64,000 nt of DNA. Origin: Nitrospinaceae bacterium (GTDB lineage Bacteria; Nitrospinota; Nitrospinia; Nitrospinales; Nitrospinaceae). The position numbers and the translations under genes were made by a program. The DNA lies in contig OZ250172.1 of assembly GCA_965237905.1 (NCBI GenBank), forward strand, positions 224,001-288,000, written 5' to 3'. The notes below the pieces were generated by a model. It did not search any database, was not told where the DNA came from, and worked only from the letters and a program-made list of their open reading frames with translations. Positions 40,025-50,348 of this stretch are shown here, piece by piece. The number at the start of each line of letters is the position of its first letter. Position 1 is the stretch's first letter.

Positions 40025-42850
40025 ATGCCTATCATATCGTCTTCAGGCAATGAGACCGTCCAATTAATTAACTCCCGGATTGTTTCCGCATCCAATGCCA
40101 CGTCCCTGCTACCCGGCATTGTTAACGATTTAAAAAATATTCTTTCCTGTGAAGCCATTGTCCTGTTCCTGGTGGACCGGAACCAGAAACAACTCGTTTC
40201 CCTGAATCATATTTCCAGCAAGGTATCTCAAATCCGGGTGGACATGTCGCCTAAAACTCCCGTGGGGTATGTCACGTCTTATGGGAAAGCGCTCAATATC
40301 AGCGATAAAATTTCCAAAGCAGAGCTGGCGATGTACAATCCCAACATGACAGTTTCTTCCAGCCTGGATAAACCCCTTAAGCTGAAAACCAAATCCATGA
40401 TGGTGATCCCCCTGCCCTTTCAGCAAAAACTGGTGGGTGCTGTGGAAATCATCAATAAGCAAGGCGACCAAAAGTTCACAGCCTCCGATTTCAAGATTTC
40501 CAAGGAATTGGCACATCCATTAGGATTACTTGTTTCCAAAATAAAAAATGAGAGCGGCGCAACCCCTACGCTTTCGCCTGTGGATCCACAACAAAAATTA
40601 TTTCAAATAATCAATGCCATTCACTCAGCAAAAAATGTAGACGAAATATTGATCGAATTGAAACTCTCCATTCTGGAACTGTTCAATGCTTCCCTGATCA
40701 CCATCTATGCTATCGATGCGAGTAAGAACGAGGTCTATTCGAAGCTGAAATCGGGTGACACCGTCAATGAAATCCGAGTCCCCATTTCATCCACCAGCGT
40801 TGCAGGATATGTAGCCATGTCCCAACAAACGGTCATGGTCGAAAATGTACACGACCCCAAACAATTAAAGCAATATCATCCAGATCTATCTTTTGACAGT
40901 TCATGGGACAAAAAATCCGGCTTTAAAACCAAAGGCATGCTGGCTTGCCCCCTGATCCATAAAGGCCGATTGATGGGTATTATTCAGCTCGTCAACAAAA
41001 AAGGGAGTGGAAAATTCAATGTGTCTGATCAAAAAAATGCTCAGATGATTTCCGAGACATTAGCGCTTGCCTTTTTCAATCAAACCAAATTTGTCCATCA
41101 AAAACCCACAAAATTTTCCTACCTCACGAACAATGGAATTATTACTGAACGGGAACTGACGGAAGCCATCGGCAAGGCTCGCAGGAACCAGATGGATATC
41201 GAGACTATCCTTTTACATGAATTAAAAGTAACGCGAAAAGATTTGGGGAAATCACTGGAACAGTTCTACAAGGTTCCTTATCTTGGCTATAACAGTTCCA
41301 TGGTGTTGCCCCATTCGGTATTCGAAGGATTGAATCTGAGTTTTCTCTCAAAGAACTTCTGGGTTCCCATTGAAAAAATTGGCAACAAGGTAGTTGTTCT
41401 GATAGACAATCCCTTCAACAAAGACAAAATTCAAAATATCAAACTTATTTTCCCAAAGAAGACTGTCGAATTAAAAGTAGGGCTAAAAAACGATATCCGG
41501 GATTTTTTAAACTCCACTGTTACTGATAACGATGATGGTTCAGCATCCGTTGATGAAATGTCCGACCTTTTGCATGCCCTGAGAACAGAAAAAAGAGAAT
41601 CTGACACCGAAATAGAACCGGAAGATAGGGATCTCAACGCAATCAGCGAAGAGGACGGCACCATCGTCAAACTGGTCAACAAAATCCTGATCAATGGTTA
41701 TGACGAAGGGGTTTCCGATATCCACATTGAACCCGGAGTCGGAAAAGACAATATGGAGGTGCGGTACCGAGTCGATGGGACTTGCCGGGTCTTCCAGGAA
41801 ATCCCGCCGATGTACAAACAAGCGGTATTATCCCGGTTGAAGATCATGGCCCGATTGGATATTGCCGAACGACGCATGCCGCAGGATGGTAAAATCAAAA
41901 TGAAATATGGCAAAAAAGAGATTGAATTTCGTCTGGCCACTTGTCCGACCGTAGGGGGCAACGAAGACGCGGTGTTGCGTATTCTCGCCGCCAGTAAACC
42001 CATTCCTCTGGATAATATGAACTTTACCCGGCGGAACCTTCAATTAATTAAAAAAATGGCCACCAAACCTTATGGACTGATCCTCGCGGTCGGCCCCACA
42101 GGTTCCGGTAAAACGACGACCCTTCACTCCGCTCTGGGTCATATCAACACCCGGGACAAAAAAATCTGGACCGCAGAAGATCCTGTGGAAATCACTCAAA
42201 AGGGTCTACGCCAAGTCCAGATGCTACCCAAGATCGGTTTGGATTTCGCACGAGCCATGCGTTCGTTTCTCCGTGGCGACCCGGACGTGATCATGGTCGG
42301 TGAAATGCGCGACGTGGAAACCTGTTCCATCGGTTTGGAAGCCTCACTGACAGGTCACCTCGTATTCAGCACCCTGCACACCAACTCCGCCCCGGAAACA
42401 ATCACCCGTCTTATCGATATGGGCATGAATCCGCTCAACTTTGCAGATGCTTTATTGTTGATTATTGCCCAGAGACTGGTCCGTACCCTGTGCAAGGATT
42501 GCAAAGAAGATTATCATCCTTCTCAAAAGGAATTCGAAATTCTCGTTAGGGAATACGGGGTTGAAGACTTTCGAAAACTGGGTATCCAGTACACCAACGA
42601 CCTGCGTTTGAAAAAACCCGTCGGATGCTCCAAATGCAACGACACGGGTTATTTAGGCCGAACCGGATTGCACGAGGTTCTGGAGGGCACGGATGAAATC
42701 AAGCGGATGATCATGGAGAAATCTCTGGTGGAAGAAACAAGAGCTCAGGCCATTAAGGATGGAATGACCACTTTGAAACAGGATGGGATACTCAAAATAT
42801 TCAAGGGCGATTGTGACCTTAAGCAGGTTTTAGCCGTCTGTATCGTTTAA
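40025..42850 (+). CDS. GAF-GAF-PilB/GspE family secretion ATPase 2
   Basis: Same architecture and motifs as the upstream paralogue. Confidence 0.92.
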   Translation: MPIISSSGNETVQLINSRIVSASNATSLLPGIVNDLKNILSCEAIVLFLVDRNQKQLVSLNHISSKVSQIRVDMSPKTPVGYVTSYGKALNISDKISKAELAMYNPNMTVSSSLDKPLKLKTKSMMVIPLPFQQKLVGAVEIINKQGDQKFTASDFKISKELAHPLGLLVSKIKNESGATPTLSPVDPQQKLFQIINAIHSAKNVDEILIELKLSILELFNASLITIYAIDASKNEVYSKLKSGDTVNEIRVPISSTSVAGYVAMSQQTVMVENVHDPKQLKQYHPDLSFDSSWDKKSGFKTKGMLACPLIHKGRLMGIIQLVNKKGSGKFNVSDQKNAQMISETLALAFFNQTKFVHQKPTKFSYLTNNGIITERELTEAIGKARRNQMDIETILLHELKVTRKDLGKSLEQFYKVPYLGYNSSMVLPHSVFEGLNLSFLSKNFWVPIEKIGNKVVVLIDNPFNKDKIQNIKLIFPKKTVELKVGLKNDIRDFLNSTVTDNDDGSASVDEMSDLLHALRTEKRESDTEIEPEDRDLNAISEEDGTIVKLVNKILINGYDEGVSDIHIEPGVGKDNMEVRYRVDGTCRVFQEIPPMYKQAVLSRLKIMARLDIAERRMPQDGKIKMKYGKKEIEFRLATCPTVGGNEDAVLRILAASKPIPLDNMNFTRRNLQLIKKMATKPYGLILAVGPTGSGKTTTLHSALGHINTRDKKIWTAEDPVEITQKGLRQVQMLPKIGLDFARAMRSFLRGDPDVIMVGEMRDVETCSIGLEASLTGHLVFSTLHTNSAPETITRLIDMGMNPLNFADALLLIIAQRLVRTLCKDCKEDYHPSQKEFEILVREYGVEDFRKLGIQYTNDLRLKKPVGCSKCNDTGYLGRTGLHEVLEGTDEIKRMIMEKSLVEETRAQAIKDGMTTLKQDGILKIFKGDCDLKQVLAVCIV

Positions 42851-44165
42851 TTCCCTCCAAACTCACCAACCATCTCTCCTGCATTTTCAAAGCTCTGTCG
42901 ATGATATGCTGATTTCTTGTCTTCTTATCCCGGATACGCATCTCTGGACCTAAAAACAACCCGAAATTGATATTCATCGGTTGATAATTTCCTTCTTTGC
43001 CTGTCACATATTGCAATAAGGTTCCGATTGCGGTTTCTGCAGGCGGCGGTGAAAACGCGGTTCCTTTTAACCGGCACATGGCGCTCAAACTGGCGACCAA
43101 GCCCATGGCAGAAGACTCGACATAGCCCTCCACACCGACAATTTGCCCGGCAAAAAAGATATTCGGATGGCTACTTAGGCTTAGGTCCCCGGATAATAAT
43201 TGCGGCGCATTAATAAAAGTATTCCGGTGAATGGCACCCAATCGGAAAAACTCCGCGTTCTCCAATCCGGGAATCATTTTGAAAATTCTTCTCTGCTCCG
43301 GATAAGTGAGTTTGGTTTGAAACCCAACCAGGTTGTAAGCCGTTCCCTCCTTGTTTTCTTTCCTTAATTGAACCACCGCATGAAACCGTTCGTTGGTTTC
43401 GGGATGATTCAATCCGACCGGTTTGAGCGGCCCGAATGCCAAAGTCTGAGGCCCTCTGTCCGCCAGCACTTCAATGGGCATGCACCCTTCAAAGTAAATG
43501 GGTTTCTCAAACTCCTTGAGTGCCACTTTCTCAGCCTTCAACAACTCATCGATGAATCGTTCATACTGTTCCCGGCTCATACCACAATTCAGATAATCTC
43601 CATCGCCTTTATCATAACGGGACGCGAAAAACGTTTTATCCGTATCGATCGATTGAGCATCGATGATGGGTGACAACGCATCGTAAAAATACAAATAATC
43701 CTGCCCCAGCAATTGCGATAATTTTTCGGAAAAAACCGGTGACGTTAACGGGCCGGTCGCGATAATCACCGGTCCCTCCATGGGAATCTCTGCGACTTCT
43801 TCGTGTTTCAGGGTAATGTTGGGATGCTGTTCCAGTGTCCGGGTGATCTCTTCAGAGAACAGGTCACGATCCACCGCCAGAGCTTTGCCGGCAGGCACGC
43901 TGTTTTTATCCGCTGAACGGATCACCAGCGAGTCCAGATTTCTCAGTTCCTGTTTCAGCAAAAAGGGAGCGGAGGAATCCTGATTGGAACCCATGGAATT
44001 ACTACACACCAATTCGGCACAATTCCCGGTTTTATGAACAGGGGTCGGACGCTGTGGCCGCATTTCGTAAAGAACCACGGACACGCCCGCTTCTGCGGCT
44101 TGCCAGGCGGCTTCCGAACCTGCCAGGCCCGCACCGATAATGGTCAGGTGTGCATTCATACTCAT
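42819..44165 (-). CDS. trmFO: tRNA (uracil-54) methyltransferase TrmFO
   Basis: GAGLAGSEAAWQ, AELVCSNS, FEGCMPIE, HRNTFIN, GVEGYVES. Confidence 0.97.
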   Translation of the reverse strand: MSMNAHLTIIGAGLAGSEAAWQAAEAGVSVVLYEMRPQRPTPVHKTGNCAELVCSNSMGSNQDSSAPFLLKQELRNLDSLVIRSADKNSVPAGKALAVDRDLFSEEITRTLEQHPNITLKHEEVAEIPMEGPVIIATGPLTSPVFSEKLSQLLGQDYLYFYDALSPIIDAQSIDTDKTFFASRYDKGDGDYLNCGMSREQYERFIDELLKAEKVALKEFEKPIYFEGCMPIEVLADRGPQTLAFGPLKPVGLNHPETNERFHAVVQLRKENKEGTAYNLVGFQTKLTYPEQRRIFKMIPGLENAEFFRLGAIHRNTFINAPQLLSGDLSLSSHPNIFFAGQIVGVEGYVESSAMGLVASLSAMCRLKGTAFSPPPAETAIGTLLQYVTGKEGNYQPMNINFGLFLGPEMRIRDKKTRNQHIIDRALKMQERWLVSLEGIKRYRRLKPA

Positions 44166-44178
44166 CTGCTGTTAGGGA

Positions 44179-46422
44179 CTATGCGGCTTCAGTGGCTTTT
44201 TTGAAATTGCATTTAGGACAAAGGAGACTTTCCCCTTCGTTCTTTTTCCACTTTTGAACCATGTAGGGATTGTTACATTCCGGGCAGGATTCTGCAACTG
44301 GTTTGTCCCAGGAAGTGAAGGTGCAGTTGGGGTATTCACTGCATCCGTAAAAGGTACGTCCCTTTTTGGAACGCCTTGCAGAAACGTATCCTTTTTCGCA
44401 GTCCGGTTCCGGGCAGGAAACACCGAGACTGATGGGTTTGGTGAATTTGCATTCGGGGTAAGCGGAACAGGCCATGAATTTGCCGAAGCGACCGACTTTG
44501 ATGATCAGAGGTGAGTTGCATTTATCACAATTGCCCTCCGCTTTCACCGCATCGGGACCTTCATCTTTGCCGCCGACTTCTTTGGTATTTTTGCATTCCG
44601 GATAGTTGGAACAAGCCATGAACTTGCCAAAGCGGCCCCACTTGATGATCATCGGCTGGTTGCATTTCTCGCACACCTCGTCAGTTTTTTCCTCCTGGCT
44701 CTTGATATCCCTCATCTTCTTCTCGGCTTCCACCAAGTCCTTTTCGAATGGCTTGTAGAAAGTTTTGAGGGTTTCCACCCATTCAATTTTGCCCTCTTCA
44801 ATCTGGTCGAGTTGATCTTCCATATGCGCGGTGAATGCTTCGGTCATGATATCCGGAAAGTTTTCCATCAGCAGATCGGAAACCAGATTCCCCAATTCCG
44901 TGGGAGCCAGACGCTTCTCTTCTGCCTTAACATAATCCCGGTCCTTGATCACGCTGATAATCGACGCATAGGTACTGGGACGTCCGATGCCCTTTTCCTC
45001 CAACGCTTTCACCAGGAGAGCCTCGGTGTACCTTGGGGGTGGTTGGGTAAAATGTTGTTCGGGAAGAATCTTCAACAACTTCAGCTTTTCACCCTTGGGC
45101 AAATCAGGAAGGATTTTATCAGAAGGAGCACCCGTCCCGCTGTCCTCATCGGTGGCCTCCACGTAGACTTTCAAACATCCCATGAACTTGATCACCGAAC
45201 CGTTGGCGCGGAAGGTGTAGTTCCCGGAACGAATATCAAAATGCGTCGTATCGAGAACCGCCGGAACCATCTGGGAAGATACCGCCCGAAACCAGATCAG
45301 CTCATAAAGCCGATACAAATCTTTTTCGATGAGGCCCTTGAGCGGTTTCGGTTCGATCAGGAAATCGGTCGGACGGATCGCTTCGTGAGCTTCCTGCGCG
45401 GATTTCTTAACTTTGTACGTATTGGGTTTGGCGGGAACGTATTCCTTGCCGTATTTGTCCTGAATGAACTGCCGGAGATTGCCGATTGCCTCATCCGCCA
45501 TGCGGGTGGAATCGGTACGCATATAGGTGATCAAACCCACTGTTCCCCTGCCTTCCAGCGCAATGCCCTCATACAGACGCTGGGCCAGCATCATGGTTTT
45601 TTTGGGGGAAAAATTAAGTTTGCGGGAGGCTTCCTGTTGCAGGGTGCTGGTGATAAACGGAGCTACTGGATTGCGTTTGCGTTCCTTTTTACTCACCTCA
45701 TCCAGAACCCATTCGCCCTTATCAACCGCTTTGACGATTTCCTGGGCCTGATCCTCCTTGCCTACTTCCGCCTTGTCCTTGCCAATTTTAAACAACTTGG
45801 CCTGGAATTCCGGATCCTTGCTCCCTCTCAAATCGGCGGTGATCGACCAATATTCTTCCTTCTTAAATTCCTGGATCTCTTTTTCGCGGTCGCAGACCAT
45901 TTTCAAGGCAACCGATTGCACCCGTCCGGCGCTGAGTCCGCGATGCACTTTCTTCCACAAGATGGGGCTGATTTTATAGCCCACCAACCGGTCCAGTATG
46001 CGGCGGGCCTGCTGAGCATTGACCCTGTTGATATTCAATTCGGTGGGATTGTTGATGGCGTCGGTCACGGCTTTTTTGGTCAACTCGTTGAACATCACCC
46101 GGTAGACCTTGCCTTTGGTCAGCTTGGTCAGTTCGTTGGCAATATGAAACGCGATGGCTTCTCCCTCCCGGTCGGGATCGGGCGCGAGATAAATATCGTC
46201 GGCTTTTTTCGCGGCGGCTTTGAGAGCCGCCAGAATCTTGCCCTTGCCGCGGATGGTGATGTAGTCCGGTTTGAAATCGTTTTCAACATCCACGCCCAGT
46301 TTCTTCTTGGGCAGGTCCTTGAGATGACCCACGGAGGCTTTGATCGTAAACCCCTTGCCAATGATTTTCTTCAGCGTATCAATTTTTGTGGGAGACTCCA
46401 CAATCACCAGTGACTTACCCAT
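44179..46422 (-). CDS. topA: DNA topoisomerase I
   Basis: IVESP, DPDREGEAI, SAGRVQS, ITYMRTDS, C-terminal zinc ribbons. Confidence 0.98.
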   Translation of the reverse strand: MGKSLVIVESPTKIDTLKKIIGKGFTIKASVGHLKDLPKKKLGVDVENDFKPDYITIRGKGKILAALKAAAKKADDIYLAPDPDREGEAIAFHIANELTKLTKGKVYRVMFNELTKKAVTDAINNPTELNINRVNAQQARRILDRLVGYKISPILWKKVHRGLSAGRVQSVALKMVCDREKEIQEFKKEEYWSITADLRGSKDPEFQAKLFKIGKDKAEVGKEDQAQEIVKAVDKGEWVLDEVSKKERKRNPVAPFITSTLQQEASRKLNFSPKKTMMLAQRLYEGIALEGRGTVGLITYMRTDSTRMADEAIGNLRQFIQDKYGKEYVPAKPNTYKVKKSAQEAHEAIRPTDFLIEPKPLKGLIEKDLYRLYELIWFRAVSSQMVPAVLDTTHFDIRSGNYTFRANGSVIKFMGCLKVYVEATDEDSGTGAPSDKILPDLPKGEKLKLLKILPEQHFTQPPPRYTEALLVKALEEKGIGRPSTYASIISVIKDRDYVKAEEKRLAPTELGNLVSDLLMENFPDIMTEAFTAHMEDQLDQIEEGKIEWVETLKTFYKPFEKDLVEAEKKMRDIKSQEEKTDEVCEKCNQPMIIKWGRFGKFMACSNYPECKNTKEVGGKDEGPDAVKAEGNCDKCNSPLIIKVGRFGKFMACSAYPECKFTKPISLGVSCPEPDCEKGYVSARRSKKGRTFYGCSEYPNCTFTSWDKPVAESCPECNNPYMVQKWKKNEGESLLCPKCNFKKATEAA

Positions 46423-46428
46423 AGTTCC

Positions 46429-47553
46429 TCAATAAATATCGGACGGGTTCATGAAAAACATTTTCCCGTCGGTTTGACGAATCACTCCCTTGAGTTCGAG
46501 CGTGACCAGTGTAGCTGAAACTTCAGCGGGTGACAAATAACTGTTTTCAATAACTCTGTCAATATGTTGCTCCTGTACCGACATCAGGGACATCAAATGT
46601 TCCTCTTTCGGGTTGAGCGGAATCGACTCAAGTGCCTTGTTTTTCCGTTCCTTCAACAATTCCAAAACCGAGTCGGAAAGTTCTTCCACCACCGCTTCGG
46701 GACTGTCCGTCAATTTTGCTCCCACTTTAATCAGGGCGTGGGTTCCCCGGCTTTCGGAGGAGTAGATATTTCCCGGCACGGCAAACACCTCCCGACCCTG
46801 CTCGAGAGCGAATTGAGCGGTGATCAGTGCGCCACTTTTCTCTCCCGCCTCCACCACCAGGGTTCCGTGGGACAGTCCACTGATCACCCGGTTGCGCGCT
46901 GGAAAATTATTTCGATCCGGTTTGGTCGACATGGGAAACTCGGAGATAACCGCTCCATGCTCCTCAATTTGCCGCCGCAGGGAACCGCTTTCCGGAGGAT
47001 AGGTGTATTCCAATCCGCATCCGAATACCGCCACGGTAGGATTCCCCAGTTTCAGGGCCGACTTGTGGGCGATGGTATCGATTCCCCGCGCCATGCCGCT
47101 GACAATACAAACTCCCATTTCCGAAAGCGCGGTACAGAGTTTCTCAGCTACCATCTTGCCATAGCCGGAAGCTTTACGAGTGCCTACCACTGCAAGCGGT
47201 ACGGACCGTTCATCCAAAAAAGTTCCCTGGTAGTAGATCACGGGTGGCGGATCATAAATCGATTTCAACAGGAATGGATATTGCGGATCCTCAATCGTCA
47301 GAATCCGGACATTGCGCCGCTCGGCCAGTTGATATTCCCGTTTGAGACTTTGTTCCAGATCAAAATCAAGAATTTGCCGGGCGACTTTGTCTCCGACCCG
47401 TTCGACCTCCATCAATTCTTTGCGCGAGGCATGAAACACATTTTTGGGAGAGTTAAAGACCTTGACCAGGCGGTGGCACAGGGTTTTCCCCACTCCCAAA
47501 ACCATGTTGAGACCTACCCAGTATTTTTTAGACTCCCAATCGTCGCGATCCAT
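46429..47553 (-). CDS. dprA: DNA protecting protein DprA
   Basis: VGTR, SGMARGID, FPARNRVISGLS, SGALITA. Confidence 0.96.
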   Translation of the reverse strand: MDRDDWESKKYWVGLNMVLGVGKTLCHRLVKVFNSPKNVFHASRKELMEVERVGDKVARQILDFDLEQSLKREYQLAERRNVRILTIEDPQYPFLLKSIYDPPPVIYYQGTFLDERSVPLAVVGTRKASGYGKMVAEKLCTALSEMGVCIVSGMARGIDTIAHKSALKLGNPTVAVFGCGLEYTYPPESGSLRRQIEEHGAVISEFPMSTKPDRNNFPARNRVISGLSHGTLVVEAGEKSGALITAQFALEQGREVFAVPGNIYSSESRGTHALIKVGAKLTDSPEAVVEELSDSVLELLKERKNKALESIPLNPKEEHLMSLMSVQEQHIDRVIENSYLSPAEVSATLVTLELKGVIRQTDGKMFFMNPSDIY

Positions 47554-47591
47554 CCCGAAATTTTATTGAAGCAGGAAAATCATTGTTTCCC

Positions 47592-48056
47592 CTAAGAAAC
47601 CGTCGTTTGGCTTTCCACCTGATCCTTTAGAAACCGGTTACGGCTTTTTAACAACTGCGTCATGTACGGTTTCAGTATCCACCGGTCCACCCACCGACCG
47701 ATCGGCTTAAACGGCGATTCAAATAGAAAAAGATCCCTCATGTGAGTTATCCCTTTCGTTTCGACAAAATGATGCTCGTGGCGCATGCTTTTAAACGGAC
47801 CTTTCACCATTTCATCACAAAAGTAAACCGGAAATTCAAATTTGGTTATCTGCGCGGTCAAATGCCACCAAAATCCCCAATGCCGGGCCCGCCAAGTGAC
47901 TTCCTCTCCGAGTTCGAGCAAGCCCTCCGTTTTTCCTGCTACCGCCTGCTCGCCGGTGTGACCCATGGAAACTTGATGCAATCCCACATCCCGTGACACA
48001 TTAAAACAGGCTTCCGCCCGCGCATTAATGGTTGTGGTCAATTCGATGCGTATCAT
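47592..48056 (-). CDS. SRPBCC family protein
   Basis: VTWRARH.G, F.DEMVKGPFK..RHEH.F. Confidence 0.85.
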   Translation of the reverse strand: MIRIELTTTINARAEACFNVSRDVGLHQVSMGHTGEQAVAGKTEGLLELGEEVTWRARHWGFWWHLTAQITKFEFPVYFCDEMVKGPFKSMRHEHHFVETKGITHMRDLFLFESPFKPIGRWVDRWILKPYMTQLLKSRNRFLKDQVESQTTVS

Positions 48057-48091
48057 CGATGTTCAGAACCTTTTTGTATGCCGGTTCCGTT

Positions 48092-48895
48092 TCATTTTGC
48101 ATGATATAGGCTGTGAAAACGATGCACCGAAATATTAAATGTGTGGATCGCTTCATAATAACCTACCAAAACACGGGTATAAATGATCAACGTTTCAAAC
48201 AGATCGGCTTCGTTGCCGATCCCAAAATCATAATTCGCGGCTTCGGTCACCAGCAAAGCACGAGTCATTTTCCGGTTCTTGCCCGCCAGTGTGAGTTGTT
48301 CCCTGGCTTTGTTGACCGCAATGATGGCTTCCCTCAAATCAAATAAACCGGACTCGGTTTTGGAACCCGAATTGCTTTTCAGGAATTCGTCGACTGTTTT
48401 ATGCGGAAAGCTCACCGGTTGGAACTTGGGACCGGAAATATCCACTTCTTGGGTCCATCGCACTCCCAGATATTTCTCCAGGCGGAGCTGGGCCAGCGCG
48501 ATATCACTGTTAAACTGAGAAATATCATTTAATGCCCCGGCCAGGCCCAGTTTGAGCTTGGTGATCGCGGACTGCGAGATATTATCATCTCCCTCTTCAA
48601 ATTTTTTCTCCGCCTGGGTCACGGCCTTTTCAAAATGGCCTTTGACCTCTTTTGATATCTCAAGTTGCTCCCTCCGAGCCAGAATAAGATCATGGTTTCG
48701 CCTTACCTCAAGTGCAACATCCTTGGAGTATCGGGTTGCCGACATCTCCAGGGCTTGCTCCAGGGAGGGCAGCTTATCAAGGATCCGCACTGTCTCGACT
48801 CTGGATTCCTGGCAGCCATACAAAAAGATCACCAAAAGTATAAATAAAGGAAGAACTCGTGCCGGCAGATGAAGGGTGCGATGGGTGGGACTCAT
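48092..48895 (-). CDS. Lipoprotein with short TolC-like helical segments
   Basis: Lipobox LYGC; C-terminal ANYDFGIG...DLFE pattern resembling outer membrane efflux proteins. Confidence 0.55.
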   Translation of the reverse strand: MSPTHRTLHLPARVLPLFILLVIFLYGCQESRVETVRILDKLPSLEQALEMSATRYSKDVALEVRRNHDLILARREQLEISKEVKGHFEKAVTQAEKKFEEGDDNISQSAITKLKLGLAGALNDISQFNSDIALAQLRLEKYLGVRWTQEVDISGPKFQPVSFPHKTVDEFLKSNSGSKTESGLFDLREAIIAVNKAREQLTLAGKNRKMTRALLVTEAANYDFGIGNEADLFETLIIYTRVLVGYYEAIHTFNISVHRFHSLYHAK

Positions 48896-49379
48896 GGGTT
48901 CAGGCTCCTTTTAAACCCCGTGGAAGGCTCAACAGCGGCTGGCAATACGTCTCTTTGGGTGGGGGACAAAAAAAGAGGGATACTGAACAACCGAAAAGAG
49001 ACCTTGATGGCAACCAAGAAGATAACCGAAATTATCTTGTCTAACTCCTTAAGGCTTTTTTGCCTAAAATTTAGGCATATTGTCCAGTATCCCGAACCTT
49101 TATAAGAGAAAGTTATCATAGAGAACGGTTTGAGTCAATACAATTTTGAGTCCAGAATCGTCCTGAAATCAACAGTAGAAGTAGAATTAAGTCAATAGAT
49201 TCAATATCTTATAGAAATAATATTGGGACCGCGCTGAGCCTATACCTTGGGGAGGTGATTTATAACTATTTGGTTTTAAAAGGGTTATAAAAACAACCTT
49301 TTTAAGAAAATGAGTCTCTCTCCTGACGGCAGAAATAAGATAACTCAAAATTTTACAAATAGTTATAAGGTTTTATTGG

Positions 49380-50288
49380 TTAAACCACACCGAAAGGCAC
49401 CGGCACAAAGGTGAGGATTAATATCAGTAAAGATGCATATCCTATGATGCGATGTTTCGGTTCCAATGGTATTGATTCATCCAAAACCGGCGGGTGCCTC
49501 AAACCCAAAATAAAAACCAGACCCGCCCACACCCACCATCCCACCCAATAAAATCCGAGAGCAATCAAAGCAACAAAAAATAACCGCGCCGCCAGTAGTG
49601 CATGTTTGCGGTTGAATAGTGAATAGACCACATGCCCGCCGTCCAACTGACCCAACGGCAACAGGTTCAACGCCGTAAAAAACATCCCCAGCCAACCGGC
49701 AAAAGCCAGGGGATGCAACATGACGGTCTGCTCTATGGCAAAGGGATTGATCCCCAAAACCATCTTGACCATCCCCAAAAATATCAGTGAATCTCCCAAT
49801 TGGATGGAATTCATCGGGTTCACATTCTGCATAGGCGTTATATCTGAGTTCAACAAACCGATCAGCAGGACGGGAACAGCCACGACAAATCCCGCGATGG
49901 GACCGGAAGCACCGATCTCCATCAACGCTTTGCGGTTGGGGATGGGCTCTTTGATCATAATGAACGCCCCCATCGTTCCAATATTCAGAAAAAATGGTAT
50001 CGGGGGAACGGGAATAAAATTTGGCAGGGTGGAGTTCACATTATTCATCCGGCAGGCCCAGTAATGGCCGAATTCATGGGTCCCCAGAATAAGCATCAGG
50101 CCGAACGAAAACCAAGCTCCCTGCACCAGCCAGGTGGTAAAAACAGTGGCCAAGAAAAGACCCAGAAAAATGGAAACGGTTTTGAAGTTGATCGGAAAGC
50201 GCGGACCGGAAAAGGCAGGATAGGCTGGGTAATTAGGCCTGACGGGTTCCTGTTCGGGTTCCGGCCGGTTTTGTGATTCCATATCCAT
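49380..50288 (-). CDS. Site-2 protease (M50)
   Basis: HEFGH, GPIAG, NLLPLGQLDGGH. Confidence 0.93.
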   Translation of the reverse strand: MDMESQNRPEPEQEPVRPNYPAYPAFSGPRFPINFKTVSIFLGLFLATVFTTWLVQGAWFSFGLMLILGTHEFGHYWACRMNNVNSTLPNFIPVPPIPFFLNIGTMGAFIMIKEPIPNRKALMEIGASGPIAGFVVAVPVLLIGLLNSDITPMQNVNPMNSIQLGDSLIFLGMVKMVLGINPFAIEQTVMLHPLAFAGWLGMFFTALNLLPLGQLDGGHVVYSLFNRKHALLAARLFFVALIALGFYWVGWWVWAGLVFILGLRHPPVLDESIPLEPKHRIIGYASLLILILTFVPVPFGVV

Positions 50289-50348
50289 AAATCAGACCAA
50301 CCCCGACAGCCGCATCATCTTCTTGGACTTCATTGCTGAATCCGCGAC

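Noticed and set aside
39200..42500. Recent gene conversion between the two PilB ATPase domains
   Set aside because: The proteins are near-identical here, but the DNA has many synonymous differences, which fits purifying selection
44812..46413. 533-aa plus-strand ORF
   Set aside because: Antisense shadow of topA
48892..49119. 75-aa ORF upstream of the TolC-like gene
   Set aside because: No motif or RBS in an AT-rich, probably regulatory region
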